64,000 nucleotides of DNA from Octopus bimaculoides. Its lineage: Eukaryota. Of the stretch, positions 26,673 through 38,294 are shown piece after piece. The notes beneath the pieces are model-generated. The model saw only the letters and a program-made list of their open reading frames with translations. It was not told the origin of the DNA and searched no databases. The position numbers were made by a program, and so were the translations under genes. The stretch spans positions 120,446,633 through 120,510,632 of the forward strand of contig NC_068983.1 in NCBI RefSeq assembly GCF_001194135.2, read 5' to 3'. Numbering within the stretch: position 1 is the stretch's first letter; each line of letters opens with the position of its first letter.

Positions 26673-26989
26673 TCCAAGGTTCCCTCTGTTAATAAAATAA
26701 CTACCAGGGATATATTAGGCTTGATTCAATCAGTTATCCATACCTTTTCCCTAAAAATTTGGGTCCATATTACAATACAACACCACTGAATGAGGACACA
26801 GTCAGGTTAATCCTGGATATGTGGGATTCCTTGATTGGTAGCTGTCTTCCTTTTGGAACAGTTAATTTTGTACCTTCTGTTTTATGCATAAACTCCTAAA
26901 ATCTTTGTAATTTGTCCTTGTAATGCTGCCTTATCTACTACCCTTGTGACAAATAAATTGTTTCTATTATAATAGTAATCCTATTATAG

Positions 26990-27382
26990 GCACAAGTCTT
27001 TAAATTTTTGGGGAGGGGTCAAGCCCTCCCCCCAGTGTTTCACTGGTACTTAATTTATCGACCCTGAAAGGATGAAAGGCAAAATACCATTAAGCATTTT
27101 GTCCAGTTTACTAACAATTCTGCCAGCTTGCCACTAAGTGAGCTTAAGGGTATTTATGCCCATCTGTATGTTCCTGAGTTTAAATAAACCAACTTAGTAG
27201 ATGGTGGAAAAAATCCCTTGTATTTCTGCTGCCGCTCTACATTCTGAGTTCAACTCCCATCAAGATCAGCCAGAGGGATAGACGAAATTTATCTTGATAG
27301 AACAAAGTACCTGTGTAGTACTGGGTTGATGTAATTTTCTAACTCCCTTTTCTCAATTACTGGCCTTGTGCCTGAATTAGAA
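26990..27382. mobile_element. Two adjacent SINE-like fragments in opposite orientation (minus 26990-27132, plus ~27220-27382)
   Basis: GAAAGGATGAAAGGCAAA...TAAGCATTTTGTCC then TTCTGAGTTCAAC...AAGTACC...CTGGCCTTGTGCCT. Confidence 0.65.
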
Positions 27383-28537
27383 TTGTCTTTATTGTACATT
27401 TGTTTCTATAAGTAATTTTCAAAATTTTCAGCATTTCCAAACTTAGCTTGTAAGAATTAACATCAGTGAAATGGAAAATGCCAGTTATACAGATCATATA
27501 CTTTGGTTAGCTAGTTTGTTTTGTAAAGGTAAAAAAAAAAAAAATGCAGCAAATTTATTTATAGTAAAAAAATTGTAGTTTATCTACCATAAAAGTGGAT
27601 TCATATTTTTATGACTATATTCATTATTTACTGAATGGTCCAGTTTTGTCATCTGTTAAGTCATCAGTTTAATTTTGAAATCTTTTTCTCTTCATCCATC
27701 ATTAAATTTTCAATGTCTATTATTTATAATCTAAGTTTAGAAGGAATTTCTATCAGACTATTCATTTATTTTTAGCTTCTCATTTTTAGCAAAAGGTTTT
27801 ATAGGCTGGCAAATGGTTGGAATGTTTAAAAAAAAAAAAATTTGGGGGGGTATTTTTAATTTCAAGTTGTATTTTGCAGGGTTTGAAAGAATATTAATGA
27901 TCTACAATGTTTAGCCTTCAGTGGCACATTGACTTCATGTTGGGTCAATATGCAACAAACAAGCCAACTACCATTTTACTTGAGAAAATGAATGTAGATG
28001 TTATTAAGTGCAGTTGCATATGGCAGACTAAGAAATTTGACAAATTTTGAAGTCACATGGCAATGAATGGGTTGACCAGTCAGTATTGCAAATGGTGTAT
28101 AAAGTCTTTATACACCATTTGCAATACTGACTGGTCAACAGCTGTTGTATGTGGTTTGAGCATACTTGAAATAAGAGCACATGTTTTTGTTCAAGTCAGT
28201 ATTTTTGTCTTTTTAATAGCCAGTTTCCTCAAATATGCATAAATCAGACCAAACTATGACATCACTTGTAACCTTTTAGCTTGTTTCCGTTTGTGGATGG
28301 GATTTATATTAGATTTCTTAGTGTATATGCTTAAAATTCCTAAAACTTTTAATGAAAAACAAACCTGTTCTACTTGATGTGGTATCTAGATTGTGCTGCT
28401 ATTTCTTGCACAGATATTCTCAACCTTCCTTGCATCATGTACTCTTTCCACCATAGTTCAGAATGTTGTTGCTCACATTCAAGATTGTCTGAATTAAAAT
28501 GGTGCATTCCAAATAATATGCATATACTATTAAATCT

Positions 28538-28771
28538 TACAGTTCTATATTTAAGAGATGAGGAATTATGTACATTATTTACATTTGACAGATATTTGTC
28601 CTCATCTTGTTTAACACAACGTTTCGGCTGATATACCCTCCAGCCTTCATCAGGTGTCTTGGGAAAATTTTGAACCTGGGTTCTCATTCCTAAAGTATTT
28701 TTCGATATTATTCAGGTTACTGCTTGGAATCAAACTTGGAATCTTGGGGTTAGTTGCCCGCGCTCTTAACC
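28538..28771 (-). mobile_element. tRNA-headed SINE-like element ending in a hammerhead-like motif
   Basis: Minus strand GGTTAAGAGCGCGGGCAACTAACCCCAAGATTCCAAGTTTGATTCC (3' part of A box plus B-box-like)...CAAGACAC CTGATGA AGGCTGGAGGGTATATCAGCC GAAACGTT GTGTT. Confidence 0.8.
28613..28658 (-). ncRNA. Minimal type I hammerhead-like motif, best-preserved copy
   Basis: Stem I GACAC/GUGUU, CUGAUGA, one extra A, stem II GGCUG/CAGCC fully Watson-Crick, GAAA, AC/GU stem III, predicted cleavage after GUU. Confidence 0.7.
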
Positions 28772-28907
28772 TCAAGATTCTGAGTTCGATTCCAAGCAGT
28801 GACCTGAATAATAATAATATCGAAAAAAACCTTAGGAATGAGAACCCAGGTTTGAAATTTCCTCAAGACACCTGATGAAGGCTGGAGGGTATATCAGCTG
28901 AAACGTT
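28767..28907 (+). mobile_element. Inverted second copy of the hammerhead-SINE, lacking the stem I 3' strand
   Basis: B box GAGTTCGATTCC at 28782-28793; CTGATGA 28872-28878; GAAACGTT 28900-28907 followed by AAAAACAAACAAA instead of GTGTTAACAAC. Confidence 0.85.
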
Positions 28908-29125
28908 AAAAACAAACAAAGCTATAGAAAATGTTGGTTGGTTATTTTTTTTTTTGTCGTAATTACTTCAGACTAAATTTATTGAAGCATACTTCAATAA
29001 AGAAAATCTATAGAATGCTAAAATATTGATATTTATTTAAACCTGATGGTCACATAATCACTGAGAAATCTGATAATTTTTTCATGAATTGAAAAGCGCT
29101 TCAAAGGGCAATTTATAATTTGAAT

Positions 29126-29741
29126 TGTTTGAATACAAGCAACAATGTACATAGTTGTTTAGTAGAAACTATAGCTGAATACAAGCAACAATATACATGG
29201 TTGTTTAGTAGAAACTATAGCTGAATACAAACAACGTACGTAGTTGTTTAGTAGATACTATAGCTGGATACAAGCAACAATATACATAGTCGTTTAGTAG
29301 AAACTATAGCTGAATACAAACAACGTACGTAGTCGTTTAGTAGAAACTATAGCTGAATACAAGCAACAACGTATGTAGTTGNNNNNNNNNNNNNNNNNNN
29401 NNNNNNNNNNNNNNNNNNNNNNNNNNNNNNNNNNNNNNNNNNNNNNNNNNNNNNNNNNNNNNNNNNNNNATTGTTTGAATACAAGCAACAATGTACATAG
29501 TTGTTTAGTAGAAACTATAGCTGAATACAAGCAACAATATACATGGTTGTTTAGTAGAAACTATAGCTGAATACAAACAACGTACGTAGTTGTTTAGTAG
29601 ATACTATAGCTGGATACAAGCAACAATATACATAGTCGTTTAGTAGAAACTATAGCTGAATACAAACAACGTACGTAGTCGTTTAGTAGAAACTATAGCT
29701 GAATACAAGCAACAACGTATGTAGTTGTTTAGTAGATACTA
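29126..29741. repeat. Minisatellite with alternating 46-bp and 43-bp units
   Basis: AGTTGTTTAGTAGAAACTATAGCTGAATACAAGCAACAATATACAT (46) alternates with ...ATACAAACAACGTACGT (43). The same unit series occurs on both sides of the N gap. Confidence 0.92.
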
Positions 29742-30174
29742 TGACTTCTTGATTGTTGGTTTCAATACCAACACTGGGACAGATTGAACTTGACTGTTCA
29801 GATTTTCAATTGTTAGTGTTTGCTCTACCCCAGAGATTGTATTGAAGTATCTTATTCATCAAATGTCCAGACATAGCTTGTTATAAACGGTTTGGTTGTG
29901 AGATAATCCATCTGTGAGCATTGTTGCTTATTAAGGTTATCTAGAATTACATTGTCTTTCCCATTTTCTTGTCTATTGATATTCACGTTTTTCCTATTTG
30001 ATTGATCAGTAGATCAACTTAATCACTACTATGTACATCGTGTTCAAATTTCATGATGGAAAAAAAAAAAAATAATACTAATACTAATGCTTCATCTGTT
30101 GAAAACTCGTGTGTACAAGCTGGTGAGAGCTGCAGGAAATAGCAACCAAGTTTCCCGTCTTCAGCAAAGGTATT

Positions 30175-30723
30175 GGATCTTTTTTAAAACGGGGGCCACA
30201 TTTTTCATTAACGAAACACTTTGAAACTTGGAACACTGGTAGAATGTGTCATATAAAACATCTTTTTCTCTTAGTCTTCTTAAAAAAAAAAAGAAATCCC
30301 TAAGTTATTCCATGTTAAAGTTGTCGTATTTCTGTAATTTCAACCAATCACTTACAAGTATTCAGTTGTTTACATTTACTCCTTTGGCTGATTAAGCCAT
30401 AGCTTCNNNNNNNNNNNNNNNNNNNNNNNNNNNNNNNNNNNNNNNNNNNNNNNNNNNNNNNNNNNNNNNNNNNNNNNNNNNTAAAACGAAGCTATGGCTT
30501 AATCAGCCAAAGGAGTAAATGTAAACAACTGAATACTTGTAAGTGATTGGTTGAAATTATCGAAATAAGACAATTTTTTACATGAAATAAATTTGAATAC
30601 AAAAATATTATTCTGTTCTATAACACAAAATAGATAAGTATACGAAGTTTGAAAGTCTTTCGGTACCAAAAACACTACGTAAAACATTAATGAAAAATGT
30701 GGCCCACATTTTAAAAAAGATCC
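30175..30723. mobile_element. Foldback MITE with GGATC termini and 8-bp TSD
   Basis: ~37-bp imperfect TIRs (GGATCTTTTTTAAAAC..GGCCACATTTTTCATTAA); AAGGTATT at 30167-30174 and 30724-30731; inner ~70-bp perfect inverted repeat around an N gap. Confidence 0.88.
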
Positions 30724-31506
30724 AAGGTATTAGATAATGCAGTCATAAATATCCCTAAATAGATTTACACTTGCTCAATTAATTGACCTAGGTAGGGCTA
30801 AATGATGGCAACTTCATGATGGTGAGAATTTGCGTAAAAAAAAAAAAAAAATTGCATGGTCAAGATTGACCATTAATCATTTGACTGTATTCTCCTATTG
30901 TATGTGATATATGCTAAAGCCAATGGGCGTTGCCAGAAGGAGAGCAACGGAGGTCATGTGAACAGAAAGATGATTAGTGTAGGCTGTTTTTTTTTGCTTT
31001 GGGGCTGTTGCTTGTGATAGACATGATAGCCATGTGAGTTGAGAGAATTTCCCATTAAGTTTTGGTTAGTTTAGGTGGGTAGGGCTCCAATAGATATATC
31101 CTAGCTGGAAAGGACTGACGTTATGAGAGGACCCATGAGGTAGGTGAATTATTCATTTTTTACCACCATAACACAGCATACATCACTGCTTCAGTGTATG
31201 AGCAACAAACCAGAAATTGCATACTCTAGGACATGTGACAAACTGCTTTGTTTCAGCATGGCACATGTGATCACCTAGCTGTGTGGGCAACTTGGTGCTG
31301 TGTTACCAAGGGGTATCTGGGCAACGATGTACTTCATCCTCTATGGAAGGGGGTCTCTAATCAGCAGGCTGAGGATCATTTTGGCAGCTACACTGTACAG
31401 AATAAATTTTAAAATTTCATTTCTATTCTGTTGACATGTGAAAAACTAGATGCTGTGCATGAAACTGAACTGTTTAATGTTTGACTTTCTACTGAATCTT
31501 TTCCAG

Positions 31507-31696
31507 GTTGTGCAGTTACAGGAGACAATCAGATTTTTGTAGCTGGCGGGACATTGCGTAAGGTGAACTATCGTGGCTCCCAACCTGAAGGCTTATCCAG
31601 TAATCTTGTTATGTTTGATCAAGTTAGTGCTTCTTGGATAGTCAAGGCAAGGATGAAGAGTCCACGTACACAGTTTTGCCTCACCATTGTTGATGG
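31507..31696 (+). CDS. Kelch-like protein coding exon 2
   Basis: ttttccag|GT TGT GCA...; translates (G)CAVTGDNQIFVAGGTLRK...WIVKARMKSPRTQFCLTIVDG. 190 nt takes phase 1 to phase 2; donor GG|GTGTGT. Confidence 0.93.
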
Positions 31697-31860
31697 GTGT
31701 GTTTTGATTTTTCTCAATTCAGTTATGTTTTATGGGGTTTTTTTTACCCTCTTAAATTGTTTATGTACTCTTGTCTGTGCATATCTATATAGATGCGTGT
31801 GTGTACATGCTCGTGTGTGTGAGAGCATGTAACTCTTTATCTTGTCAAGATTTAATTCAG

Positions 31861-31892
<32 letters not shown>

Positions 31893-31949
31893 CTAATCTC
31901 TATAATTTTATGAGTGACAGAATAAACTGTTTACATCCCTGATTACTCA

Positions 31950-33000
31950 TGCTCATCATTTAATGTCTGCTTTTCATGCTGGCATGGGTTGGATGGTTTG
32001 ACTGAGGACTGGTGAGCCAGATGGCTGCACCAGGCTCTAATCTGATCTGGCAGTTTCTACAGCCGGATGCCCTTCCTAACGCCAACTGCTCTGATAGTGT
32101 AGTAGGTGTTTTTACATGCAACTGGCACGAGGGCCAGTCAGGCGGTACTGGCGACGGCCATGCTCAAATGGTGTTTTTATGTGCCACCTGCACAGGAGCC
32201 AGTCCAGTGGCAATGGCACCAACCTCACTTGAATGTTTTTCACGTGCCACTAACACAAGTGCCAGTAAGGTGATGCTGGTAACGATCATGCTTGAATGGT
32301 GCTTTTTATGTGCCTCTGGCACGGGATCCAGTCGGTGGCCCTGGCAACAGTCACGTTCAGATGGTGCTTTTAAAGTTCCACTGGCACAGGTGCCAGTCAG
32401 GTGGTGCTGTCATCGGCCACATCAGCAAATTTGATTTCGATTGTCATTTCACTTGCCTCAACAGGTCTTTGCAAGCAATGCATAAGTCGGCTGGTTACAC
32501 CACTGGCATAGGCCACGGGTTATGATCTCACTTGGCTTGCCGGGTCTTCTCAAGCACAGCATATTTCCAAAGGTCTTGCTCACTAGCCATTACCTCGGTG
32601 AGGCCCAATGTTTGAAGGTCGTGCTTCACCACCTCATCCCAGGTCTTCCTGGGTCTACCTCTTCCACAGATCACCTCAACTGCTAGGGTGTGACACTTTT
32701 TCACACAGCTGTCATCATCCATTCGCACCACATGTCCATACCAGTGCTGTCGTTTCTCTTGGACACCACATCTGATGCTTCTTAGGTTTAAATTTTCTCT
32801 CAAGGCACTTACACTCTGTTGTGTATGCACACTGACATTACATATCCAGCGGGGCATACTAGCTACATTCCTTGCAAGCTTAGGCATGTCCTCAACAGTC
32901 ACCACCCATGTTTCACTGCCATGTAGCATGGCTGTTCGTACATATGCATCATACAGTCTACCTTTTACTCTGAGCGAGAGGCTCTTCGTCACCAGCAAGG
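31950..33000 (-). mobile_element. 5'-truncated RTE-clade LINE (RT C-terminus plus 3' UTR)
   Basis: ORF 32528-32998: KGRLYDAYVRTAMLHGSETW...RQHWYGHVVRMDDDSCVKKC...GRGRPRKTWDEVVKHDL; 3' UTR with GTGCCACTGGCAC subrepeats and ATG-repeat tail. Confidence 0.92.
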
Positions 33001-33230
33001 CATATTTCAGGTAGGTGGTGATATACTGAATGTTGTCTGCGAAAAACTGTTAGTGAAACAAATACCTTTTATCCAGGGTAATTCATTCTCTTTAATTCAT
33101 TCTCATATAAATGAATATATAAATATACCATCATTGATAAATATTTATCCACACTTAAATGTGGATGTTTTGTGGTAGATACCATGAAACTATATTGGCA
33201 TTTTGGTGCAAAATGCACTCGTTTATATCA

Positions 33231-33464
33231 CTAGCAGGGAGATAAATACCCACCCCCTCCGAGACCATTAGAGCATGCGGTTTTGACCTTCCTTGGTCTT
33301 GTCAATGATAGCTGCCTGACTGCTACAGATAGCAGCGATTCAACTGCCTACCAGTGATATATAAAAAAATGGTGGCAGAACAGGTGCTGGTGTCACAATT
33401 AACCAGTGAAATGGTTAAAACGAGTTATCATATTGGTGATAGCATGGATTTATCTCTCCACTAG
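33231..33464. mobile_element. Possible old MITE
   Basis: Imperfect ~18-bp inverted ends CTAGCAGGGAGATAAAT / ATTTATCTCTCCACTAG; no clear TSD. Confidence 0.35.
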
Positions 33465-35189
33465 CACTATTTATGTAAGTGTAATTTGTACCAAAAGCCA
33501 ATATGTGAGTTTCTCTTAGGGCATCCACTGCAGTATGATTTATTCTAACAGAACATTTTTAAGTGGAGATAAATATTACCTCTCTGTTGTTCACTAGTTG
33601 CAGTATAAAGTAACTAGCTGTACATGAGTATACATTTATTGGTGTAGGAAAACAATTTAGAAATTAGACATCATCTGCATGAAAAAAAAAAAAAAGCAAT
33701 AGGCAATCCATTGCATTAATGTAGTCAATGTAATGACCATTAAAAAGTTAACTTCAGTTGTCTTATGTGAGAAATACATTATGTATGGGTGGATATACTG
33801 TATCAGTAATTTGACAGCAAACAGAATGAATTACTCTGGATAAAAGGTATTCGTTTCACTAACAATTTTTTGCAGGCAACATTCAGTATATCACAACTAC
33901 CTGAAATATGCCTTTCATCCACTTATTTCTTTTATCTTACTTCTAATATGTATTGGATATGGACTTATAATTGGGTGTAAGTTTATGTAACTGTGTGCTT
34001 TAAACAAAATAAAAAGCTAATATAAAGAATATACATGCGAGGGAATAAAAATGTTAGAACTTCATGGATCTAAAGCCAAACATTACCTCAGTGTATGAGC
34101 ATTATATTACATATTTAAAACAAAATTGCACATTAAAAATTTACATTAAATTTACACTGAAGGAGTCTTTATGAGATCACACTACTGTTAGAAATAGCAG
34201 CCAAATCTTTTATGTTCAAGTTTGCATATTTTGACAAACTAAGCTACAAAGTTGTATTTTAATTTTAAATGAATTCTGGAGTTTATTAAGGATGTGGATA
34301 TATGGGTATTTTGAAAATACCCCACAGTGATAGCTGTGCCCTGCATAGCTACAAGCTGCTGTTTCGCAAGGCGTGGCACCCATTCAGCCACCCTGCCAGG
34401 GATACATCATGGGATTGCAATATGGCTGATTGGGAAGTGACAGTGGAAGAGCTCAACTGAGCCCACATTGTTTCTTAATCTGATGCTGATTGGAGTTGTC
34501 CTAGAAGATCAATGGTCAGGATCACCAAGCTCTATCAAGAGAGTAACTGCAACACATCCATAGGAGTAGCATCCATGGTTGCGTAATCAGTTAATGAAAA
34601 TTTCATTATGACTCAAGCTTTCAATTCAAGTATAAATAGAATTGGGTGGTGACAGTCATGGGACTCCATGCAACCAGTGCTACTAGATGATGAACAATTT
34701 ATATCATATTTTAAAAATCTTTGTATAAAGATGTGTGTGTGTGTGGGTGTGTGTGTGTGTGTATGTGTGTGTGATTATCATCCTTTAACATCTGTTTTTC
34801 AAGGTGGCTTTTCTGAAGCAGGCAAAATTGACAAATGAAATAATGGTGCCTCAGACGGCTGTACAATGAAAAACAGCTTAGGAATTACTAAGAGTTGTAT
34901 TTTTCAAAGGTGAATTTGTCAGTTAATGTTTGCTAGTCCTAAAAACAATGGGCAATAAGCAGAACTAAGAACCACTTAATTTTATGTAACAATTTATTAG
35001 TTCCGCTGTTTGTTTTCCCTGATCCATTGTTATTATTTAGCTATATTCCAGGATAGCTATAATATTTCAATTGTGACTATCCCATCTTTTATTCAAATTT
35101 GAAGTATCTATCATAAAACTATCCATTGTATTTATTTAAAGCCAGTGTGATTTGAAGGAGACTTAGCTGCTATTTGTAGCAGCTTAATC

Positions 35190-35362
35190 ATCATTACCCT
35201 TCATTTGTTTTCCATGCTGGCATGGGTTGGACAAGTTGGCCAGAGCTGGCAAACTGGAGAGCTGCATCCAGTTCCAGTCAGATTTGGCTTGGATTCCACG
35301 ATTGGATGCCCTTCCTAATGCCAGTCACTTTACAATGTGTGATGAGTGCTTATATGTGCGCT
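35190..35362 (-). mobile_element. RTE-type 3' tail fragment leading into the GC-rich minisatellite
   Basis: TTTTCCATGCTGGCATGGGTTGGAC...GGATGCCCTTCCTAATGCCA matches 31970-32085. Confidence 0.75.
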
Positions 35363-35826
35363 GGCACGGGTGCTAATGCGTGGTGCCAGCACGGGTGCTA
35401 ATGCGTGGTGCCGGCACGGGTGCACNNNNNNNNNNNNNNNNNNNNNNNNNNNNNNNNNNNNNNNNNNNNNNNNNNNNNNNNNNNNNNNNNNNNNNNNNNN
35501 NNNNNNNNNNNNNNNNNNNNNNNNNNNNNNNNNNNNNNNNNNNNNNNNNNNNNNNNNNNNNNNNNNNNNNNNNNNNNNNNNNNNNNNNNNNNNNNNNNNN
35601 NNNNNNNNNNNNNNNNNNNNNNNNNNNNNNNNNNNNNNNNNNNNNNNNNNNNNNNNNNNNNNNNNNNNNNNNNNNNNNNNNNNNNNNNNNNNNNNNNNNN
35701 NNNNNNNNNNNNNNNNNNNNNNNCACGGGTGCACATGCGTGGCGCCGGCACGGGTGCACATGCGTGGCGCCGGCACGGGTGCACATGCGTGGCGCCGGCA
35801 CGGGTGCACATGCGTGGCGGTGGCAC
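35363..35826. repeat. 25-bp GC-rich minisatellite, partly in an N gap
   Basis: Unit CACGGGTGCACATGCGTGGCGCCGG seen three or more times after the gap, with variants before it. Confidence 0.92.
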
Positions 35827-35997
35827 TAAATTCTTGCAGGCCAATCCTCTTCACCAGGGAGAGCGACATTAACACCTCTCCAGTGGAGGATGGGTCTTCT
35901 TGCACACAGGTTTCCTTGTCATCCATCTTTATTTTACATGTGTGGTTTTCCTATAGTTATTTAAGATTATAACCTTATTTTCCTTTTTTATCTTCAG

Positions 35998-36195
35998 CTA
36001 CATGTATGCTATTGGGGGCCAAGATGGAACAGAAGTATTAAGCAGTGTGGAGCAGTATAATTTCCTGGCCAATGAATGGATATCTGTTGCAGGTCTTCCA
36101 CAACCTCTTCGCTGTCTTGCATCTGTTGCCTTTCGTGGTAATTTGTATGTATTTGGTGGTGAAAACAATGTCAAAATTAGTGACAAAGCTTACAA
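35998..36195 (+). CDS. Kelch-like protein coding exon 3
   Basis: tcttcag|C TAC ATG; YMYAIGGQDGTEVLSSVEQYNFLANEWISVAGLPQPLRCLASVAFRGNLYVFGGE...AY(K). 198 nt, phase 2 to 2; donor AA|GTAAGA. Confidence 0.96.
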
Positions 36196-36699
36196 GTAAG
36201 AACCTGTGTACTGTATAAATTTTGTTTCTGGTAATGAATCTTAATATTCTCTTCATTCTTGCATTATAGGATGGTGATTAATTCTTAGAAAGTCATGTTT
36301 GTGATGCAGTTTCATTACTCAAATGAGCCATTTCACTTAATTTATTTTAGCTACTTTATAGAATTCCTTCTCCATAAATGTTTTCTATGAAATTGGATAT
36401 AAGTACATTTCATTTCACTTCCCTTGGAGTGTCTGAAAAAATCTTTATTACTAACTAATTCAAAAATTAACATTAAGTAATCTCAGAATGAATGAGGTGC
36501 ACATGGTTAACCATTTGGTGCCAAAGCTTAATTTTCTATCTTAAAATAAAAAAAAAAAGCATTTTTATGAAATGCTGAGAGAATAAAGATTTTAAATTTC
36601 TGTAAAAACATTGTTTTATCCCCTACCATAAAACGACCTCCTTTGCTACTGTAGTCCCAGTCAATTGAAGTTGATATTATTCTTGCTAACCATGGCAAC

Positions 36700-36880
36700 C
36701 TCACTAGTGCTAGTGCCATGAATAGAGTATCCAACATTCTTAGTAAAATGGTTGGCATGAAGGAGAATTCAGCTACTGGATCCATGTCAAAGCTGATATT
36801 GGAGTAGGGTGCAGTCCTCTAACCATAGAAACCTGTCAAACTACCCAATTCATGCCAGCACAGACCATGGCTAATGACAC
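36700..36880 (+). mobile_element. Diverged RTE-type 3' tail
   Basis: ...GTGCAGTCCTC...GTCAAACTACCCAATTCATGCCAGCA resembles 9590-9722. Confidence 0.5.
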
Positions 36881-38294
36881 ACATTCACTCACTCACTTGA
36901 CCAAAAGTGATGGTTTTGATAGGTTTATTGTTTAAGGGTTAGCATTTAGTTTGTGCTTTTGCGGGTTTGTGATATGAAGAGAAAAGAGAGGGAGAAATAT
37001 ACCATTTAGGAAAGGATTTGGCAGGTAAAGCATTTAGTCCCAGATGTTGGGAGTGAAGCAAAGTAATGCTGGTTGGAGGTAGAGATGCAGTCACATTGGA
37101 ACGGGATTTGTGTTTTGAGAGTGAAGATTCAAGGAAAGAAATATTGTAGTAGAAATGGTAGATATCCAAGAACCATAATGGTTGAAGTAATAATGGTAGT
37201 TGTGTGGGAAGGAACAACACAGTGTCCCAGGTTTTGAGTTACATTTAAGATGTATTTTCTGTTCTTGTTTTATTTTATGCTTTGAGTTGAATGGTTTGGC
37301 ATTTTTTCTTCAAAATTTGGTTTGAATATTTGTATATATTCATTTTGTGTGTGTGATTTCATTATTATAAATTCTGCTTGTGGCTGAAACAAGAATATGA
37401 ACGCATTCCTTCTGTGCCTTTTCATGTGTTTGCACACAATAGCTTAGATGGAATGTGGCTACATTCTTATTTCACCCACAGACAAGTTTTGTAATAATGA
37501 AATTTATTTCAGTTTTTCTGATTCACATTGTTGTGCATAATATACACATATGTATTTATAAAAAGTTTTGAATGTTTATAAATATTGAATATGAACAATG
37601 GTGTTTATATAAACTTACCCCTGTAATTATAATACAAAAGTTGAGGTTAATTATCTATATCATATCCTTTTATATGTAAAGCACAATGTAGATGTGTTTG
37701 CACTGACACTGAGCTCATTTATTGCACACTAGACTATTTTAATAGTCTTATCTCATTCAAATCGTTTTTCATATCCATCTATCATTGATAAAGGCAATCT
37801 GTATTTTAGTCCTTATTGTTTTATGGGTTATGTCAATGTTGTCTATTAGGAACAGTCACTATACATATCAAAGAAACATTCTTCTGTGTTCCCGATCCTG
37901 AACAATGTGCAACTAAAATCTTTAAAGTTGTTACAAATGCTAGAATTTGTAATCACTGAAGATTTTTCTTGGTGATCTTGCAAATTCATAGCATAGCATA
38001 GATTGTATTGATGACTAGCCTTCCTTTTCCAAGCCAGGAACTACCAGAAAAACAAAGGCCATCCTGGAGAATGTAATCCAAGATACACTATCTGAAAAAA
38101 AATGTATAGTCATGCCTAGAACATCTTTTGATCAGAGGTTCAATTGAACAAGTCTGACCCGAGGCTATACAAAACCACCTAATGGATGTAAAGAAAATGC
38201 TTGCAAATTCAGTCTCAGTATTTGAAGACAATAGGAGTTAAAGAAGGGGTTAATAGTTTATATAATATTTATCAGTATTAAGTCATCTAAAAAA

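Noticed and set aside
29126-29741. CRISPR-like repeat array
   Set aside because: Units are contiguous with no unique spacers, there are no cas genes, and the context is eukaryotic. It is a minisatellite.
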